A stretch of 42,352 nucleotides of DNA from positions 1 through 42,352 of IMG/VR virus record IMGVR_UViG_3300012953_000059; one strand, given 5' to 3'. The stretch is from a virus (taxonomy: Duplodnaviria; Caudoviricetes). Of this stretch, positions 38,348-42,352 are shown one piece after another. How positions within the stretch are numbered: position 1 is the stretch's first letter; each line of letters opens with the position of its first letter. The notes below the pieces were generated by a model. That model did no database searches, had not been told where the DNA came from, and saw only the letters and a program-made list of their open reading frames with translations. The translations under genes and the position numbers were made by a program.

Positions 38348-41300
38348 ATGGCAAAAACCTTGCTCTTTGATTATGCGTTTGACGCAGCTGCAAGAACAGT
38401 TACTTTGCATGGTAATAAGCACCAGCGAAGAATGTTGTTGATAACTAACACAACGGATAACCAAATTATCTATAACTTTGCTGACACTACCAGAACTGGA
38501 GTGTTTAGCTATGACGCAACGTCCGATCATACAACAATCACATTGCTGTATGATACGACATCAATGTCTAATACAGATGCACTTCAAATTCTTGAGGAAG
38601 ATGATTCCGTTAAGTTTGAACCGTCTGAGACATTTGTTGACGCTGTATCAAAGTTAAGAGTATCAAATCCAGAAAACCTCGTTGATACCGACTTTGAGTA
38701 CGGACCACAGGCTTCTAAGTGGGAAACGATTCAGACGATTAATAACATTCCATCGTTCTTTGCATCTACTTCAGATACTACTATCCCCTTTATCTCGAAA
38801 GTAGAAGCTGTTCAAGGTAACGAGCTTATTACAGTTAGTACAAGTTTCGACCACAACCTTACGAGTGGTGTTCCTATCACAGTTACAGGTCTTGCATCTG
38901 TTACTGCAGAAGGTACATATATTATTCAGGCTGTACCTACATCTACAACCTTTACTTATAAAGCAAGATCAGCTCAACCAGCAACTAGAGAATTGCAAGG
39001 TGTTTATACATCTATTATTCCAGGTAAGTTTTTCCAAGGTTCTCAGATCAGTCTAGATCAATCAATTGGTATTGTGTCTGACCTTTACAACTATAAGGTT
39101 ACTGTTTCTGCGATTACAAAATTAACATTTACAACTGCCCCTCCATCCGATTGGGTTATTGGTACTGTAATTGCAGGAGCAACAACATCTGCTGGTGGTA
39201 CTGTTCTTCGTATAGAAGGAAACGATTTCTATGTTGGATCAGTTAACGGTGTATTCCAAGATGGAGAAGATGTTACTGGTGTTGGTATTGATATTACACA
39301 AGCTCTAACTATTGCAACTAGTGGAGTTAATGCAGAAGGTAATAAATACCTGATTGATACAACAGGTGATAGTGTTGGACAACTTTATCCATCTATCTCA
39401 ATGACAAGAAAGGGTATCTATACTTTCGACTTGTCTGATGTTACTGTAGCAACACACCCACTAAGATTCTCCGCAACTCCTGATGGTACTCATGGTGGTG
39501 GTTCTGCTTATACAACATATGTTTATGAGCATGGAACTCCTGGACAAGCTGGTGCTTACGTAAGAATCTACGTTAACAACGCTAGTCCTGAGAACCTCTA
39601 CTATTATTGTGCTAACCATCCTAATATGGCTGGTAACGCAGGTTCATCTATATCAAACATTGATGTTACTGACGTATCATATAACCCAATTTCAGGTGAT
39701 ATGGTATTGACCATTGGTTCTCATACTTTAGAAACTGGTCAAAACATTAAGATCAAGACAGAATCTATTAAACTGACTTGTGATTATCACGGAGACGGAA
39801 ACTCAACCGTTAAGTCATATCCTCGTGCTTCTGGTGCTAATACAGCTAATGGTGCTGACTATATTTACAACGTAGCAACTCCTATTACTGGAACTACTGC
39901 AACTACAATTACAATTAATGCAAACGGTGGTCAAGGTCCTGTTACAGATACCTCTACTCACACGCATACTGGTGGAACAGCAACTGGTGCTGTTATTGCT
40001 GGAGTTAATTCTGGAATAGCAATGCTTGCTCCTACAACAAACTCTAAGGTTTATCTAACCACAGTTTCTGAGCACGGATTTGCTGATAACACAAACTTCT
40101 ACTTCATTAACACTGTATCTCCTAAGATTCTTGAAGTTCAGGAACCTGGTAATACTGCTCCTGATGGTAACACATACGTTGATGTTACACAGCAAGCTAA
40201 TGTGAACATAGATGCGGATATGACTAAGATCACTCCGTATAACTATGAGTCAACATATACTCTAGCATTTGATGCGTCACAAGTAGATTACAATAACAAT
40301 ACGATTTCGTTTGATAGTGCACATAATCTCCAAAACGGATATGCAATGCTTTATTATCCACCCCCAGGAGCACGTCCAATCGGTGATTGCCGTAGGATGC
40401 AGGTATACTTTATTGAAAGAGTAGATAGTTCTAAAATAGCATTACACCATTCTCAGAGAAGAAACTATGGTCGTGTTAACTTAAGTGAAACTTATAGTGG
40501 AACATGGGATGGTAACTGGTCATATGGTAAGCATAAGCTTGGACTATGTTATTCTTGTTACAGAGAATATAAGTCTTACGCACAGTGGCATACACGTTTC
40601 TATACTTACTATTGGAACTGGGGAGGAACTTATTCAGGACATGACTTCCAGACAGTCAATGGTACTTATGGATTAGGTGGTCAGCAGTGGGAGATGACAG
40701 CGTTCTTCTCTACTCAGAGGCCAGAGCGTGGTGGATATGGTGCACAGTGGTATTACTGGTGTTACTCATGGAGATTTGCATTTGGTACTTATTGGAGAAC
40801 CTATGGATATCACCTACAAAGTCTACCATTGAGTACTAGTTCTCGTTGGCAGGGTCAATACGACTTCATTACTGACGACTATAACTATGGTGTTAACACC
40901 GAAAACAATGGTGGAACAAGTTATGGTTATACCATTGGTGGTCTAGGAGGTCATGCTGGTAGTAAGAGTTACTGGGTAACAAGTTTCTACTCTGATACTT
41001 GGTCTGGTGGACAGTACTTCCGTATGCGTGGTAATGAGTACTATTGGTGGTATGTTCAGTCGTACTATTACAGTACTATGAACCATTACTTCAGAAGTAT
41101 TGGTGAAGATGGCGGAACTAATATGTTCTGGATTCACCTCAAGAGAAACCAATCAACAAATGATAGTTTCTACTATGCAAACCACGGATTTACTAATAAC
41201 CAATCCACTACAATGTCATTCCCATCTGGGGGTTCAGTTCATTATTACTATGACTGGCATGGTAATAGAACTAACACTGCTAGTGGTACATGGTACATTG

Positions 41301-42352
41301 ATAGAATCGATAATAACAGATTTAGAATCAAGTCAAGTACAGGTGCTAGACCAATGAGATTGGCTGGTAGTGATGGTCAAATGAGACTAAGTGCTGTTCT
41401 TGATAACCCATTAAAGAACTCCATTTACATTGCAACTAACCAGTTCTCTAATAACGAAGTTGTTAAGTACACAGGTGCAAGTGGTGCTATTGGTGGATTA
41501 ACAAGTGGTAACTCTTACTACATTAAGACTGTTAATGGAGATAGATTCTCATTAGCTAACAGTGTTAATGGTAGTGCAATTACATTAAATTCTACTGGAT
41601 CTGGTATTCAAGAGTTTGAGAACACAACTGCCGACTTCGGTGTTGTTGATGGTTCTTACACTACTGTTAAGGCAATCTCCGAGACAGAACTTGAAGTTTC
41701 AATTCCATTCAAAGTTCCACCTTCTGTAAAACAGTTTGATGGATCTGGTACTGATGTTAATAGTACAGACAACTGGATTAACATTGCTAACCACTACTAT
41801 GCTACTGGTACTAGAGTTATCTACGATAACAATGGTAACAGCACTATCTCTGGTTTGACTCATAATAAGGACTACTATGTGGTTGTTATTGATAACGCTC
41901 ACTTCAAGCTTACTGAGTCATTAGCAGACGCACTTGCTGGAACTAACATCGTAGACATCACAGGAACCTCTTCTGGATTCCACCAGTTGATCTCTGCTGC
42001 ACTATCTGGTGAAGTTGGAGGAACAGGTACAGTTGCTGTTACATCTGGATCAAGAAGAGTTACAGGTACTAATGCTGCCTTCCAAAGATTCTTCAAGATT
42101 GGTGATACAATCAAGATTGTTAATACAACAGGTGGTACACCTGGTGTTATTGAAGGACATATGATTACTGCTATTACTGATGACGATAACTTGATCGTTG
42201 ATAGTGCATTCACTTTCACTCAGACTGGTACTAACTACATGATTCCTTCTTACATCTATGTAAGACCTGATGGATTCTTCCTACACAGACCGTTTGACGG
42301 TGGTATGGAGATCGGTACTTCTAAGTCACCTAACTCTAGAATCTCTAGACAG
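38348..42352 (+). CDS. Tail-fibre-like virion protein, 3'-truncated (>1335 aa)
   Basis: ATG 38348 after AGGGG. Starts MAKTLLFDYAFDAAARTVTL...LLITNTTDNQIIYNFAD...KLRVSNPENLVDTDFEYG. The frame is consistent at spot checks through to the window end (...HRPFDGGMEIG...SRQ). Absent from the ORF track, presumably because it has no stop codon. Confidence 0.85.
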   Translation, partial: MAKTLLFDYAFDAAARTVTLHGNKHQRRMLLITNTTDNQIIYNFADTTRTGVFSYDATSDHTTITLLYDTTSMSNTDALQILEEDDSVKFEPSETFVDAVSKLRVSNPENLVDTDFEYGPQASKWETIQTINNIPSFFASTSDTTIPFISKVEAVQGNELITVSTSFDHNLTSGVPITVTGLASVTAEGTYIIQAVPTSTTFTYKARSAQPATRELQGVYTSIIPGKFFQGSQISLDQSIGIVSDLYNYKVTVSAITKLTFTTAPPSDWVIGTVIAGATTSAGGTVLRIEGNDFYVGSVNGVFQDGEDVTGVGIDITQALTIATSGVNAEGNKYLIDTTGDSVGQLYPSISMTRKGIYTFDLSDVTVATHPLRFSATPDGTHGGGSAYTTYVYEHGTPGQAGAYVRIYVNNASPENLYYYCANHPNMAGNAGSSISNIDVTDVSYNPISGDMVLTIGSHTLETGQNIKIKTESIKLTCDYHGDGNSTVKSYPRASGANTANGADYIYNVATPITGTTATTITINANGGQGPVTDTSTHTHTGGTATGAVIAGVNSGIAMLAPTTNSKVYLTTVSEHGFADNTNFYFINTVSPKILEVQEPGNTAPDGNTYVDVTQQANVNIDADMTKITPYNYESTYTLAFDASQVDYNNNTISFDSAHNLQNGYAMLYYPPPGARPIGDCRRMQVYFIERVDSSKIALHHSQRRNYGRVNLSETYSGTWDGNWSYGKHKLGLCYSCYREYKSYAQWHTRFYTYYWNWGGTYSGHDFQTVNGTYGLGGQQWEMTAFFSTQRPERGGYGAQWYYWCYSWRFAFGTYWRTYGYHLQSLPLSTSSRWQGQYDFITDDYNYGVNTENNGGTSYGYTIGGLGGHAGSKSYWVTSFYSDTWSGGQYFRMRGNEYYWWYVQSYYYSTMNHYFRSIGEDGGTNMFWIHLKRNQSTNDSFYYANHGFTNNQSTTMSFPSGGSVHYYYDWHGNRTNTASGTWYIDRIDNNRFRIKSSTGARPMRLAGSDGQMRLSAVLDNPLKNSIYIATNQFSNNEVVKYTGASGAIGGLTSGNSYYIKTVNGDRFSLANSVNGSAITLNSTGSGIQEFENTTADFGVVDGSYTTVKAISETELEVSIPFKVPPSVKQFDGSGTDVNSTDNWINIANHYYATGTRVIYDNNGNSTISGLTHNKDYYVVVIDNAHFKLTESLADALAGTNIVDITGTSSGFHQLISAALSGEVGGTGTVAVTSGSRRVTGTNAAFQRFFKIGDTIKIVNTTGGTPGVIEGHMITAITDDDNLIVDSAFTFTQTGTNYMIPSYIYVRPDGFFLHRPFDGGMEIGTSKSPNSRISRQ

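Noticed and set aside
38865-41357. Short + strand ORFs listed after 38348
   Set aside because: They are out-of-frame shadows inside the long unterminated ORF 38348->42352.
592-42219. Minus-strand ORFs in the track (e.g. 1872-2213, 17051-17488, 36276-36686, 37839-38261, 41899-42219)
   Set aside because: All lie antisense to well-supported + strand genes, lack recognisable motifs, and have no supporting promoter or terminator orientation.
1-42352. tRNA or rRNA genes
   Set aside because: The intergenic gaps are short and no cloverleaf or T-loop signature was seen. A tRNAscan-SE or Infernal run would be decisive.

Overview
This window is the late structural (baseplate/tail) region of a large T4-like marine cyanomyophage (Kyanoviridae-type). 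It is AT-rich, so a Prochlorococcus or Synechococcus host is likely, but that is an inference. All credible genes are on the + strand. The window opens with the end of an early-type region: a 5'-truncated PD-(D/E)xK-like nuclease, a small ORF and a terminator. An A-tract-rich intergenic stretch follows, then a cluster of small genes (PAAR/gp5.4, basic and acidic micro-ORFs, two 2OG-Fe(II) oxygenases). The core is gp25-gp6-gp7 (3184 aa)-gp8, a 2735-aa DUF4815/VrlC-like virion protein, several small virion proteins, a 3171-aa acidic mosaic-repeat protein, an Mtd_N-like adaptor and a tail-fibre-like ORF that runs off the 3' end (missing from the supplied ORF track). T4-type late promoters (TATAAATA/CTAAATA), sigma70-type promoters and rho-independent terminators punctuate the region. 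The most striking observation is that gp7 carries two nested helical domains that align by eye with phycocyanin alpha/beta subunits, including the bilin-attachment motif KCxRD and a second Cys resembling beta-155. This suggests a possibly bilin-chromophorylated virion baseplate. No tRNA, CRISPR array, integrase, reverse transcriptase or transposase was seen. All homology calls come from motif recognition by eye, not database searches.
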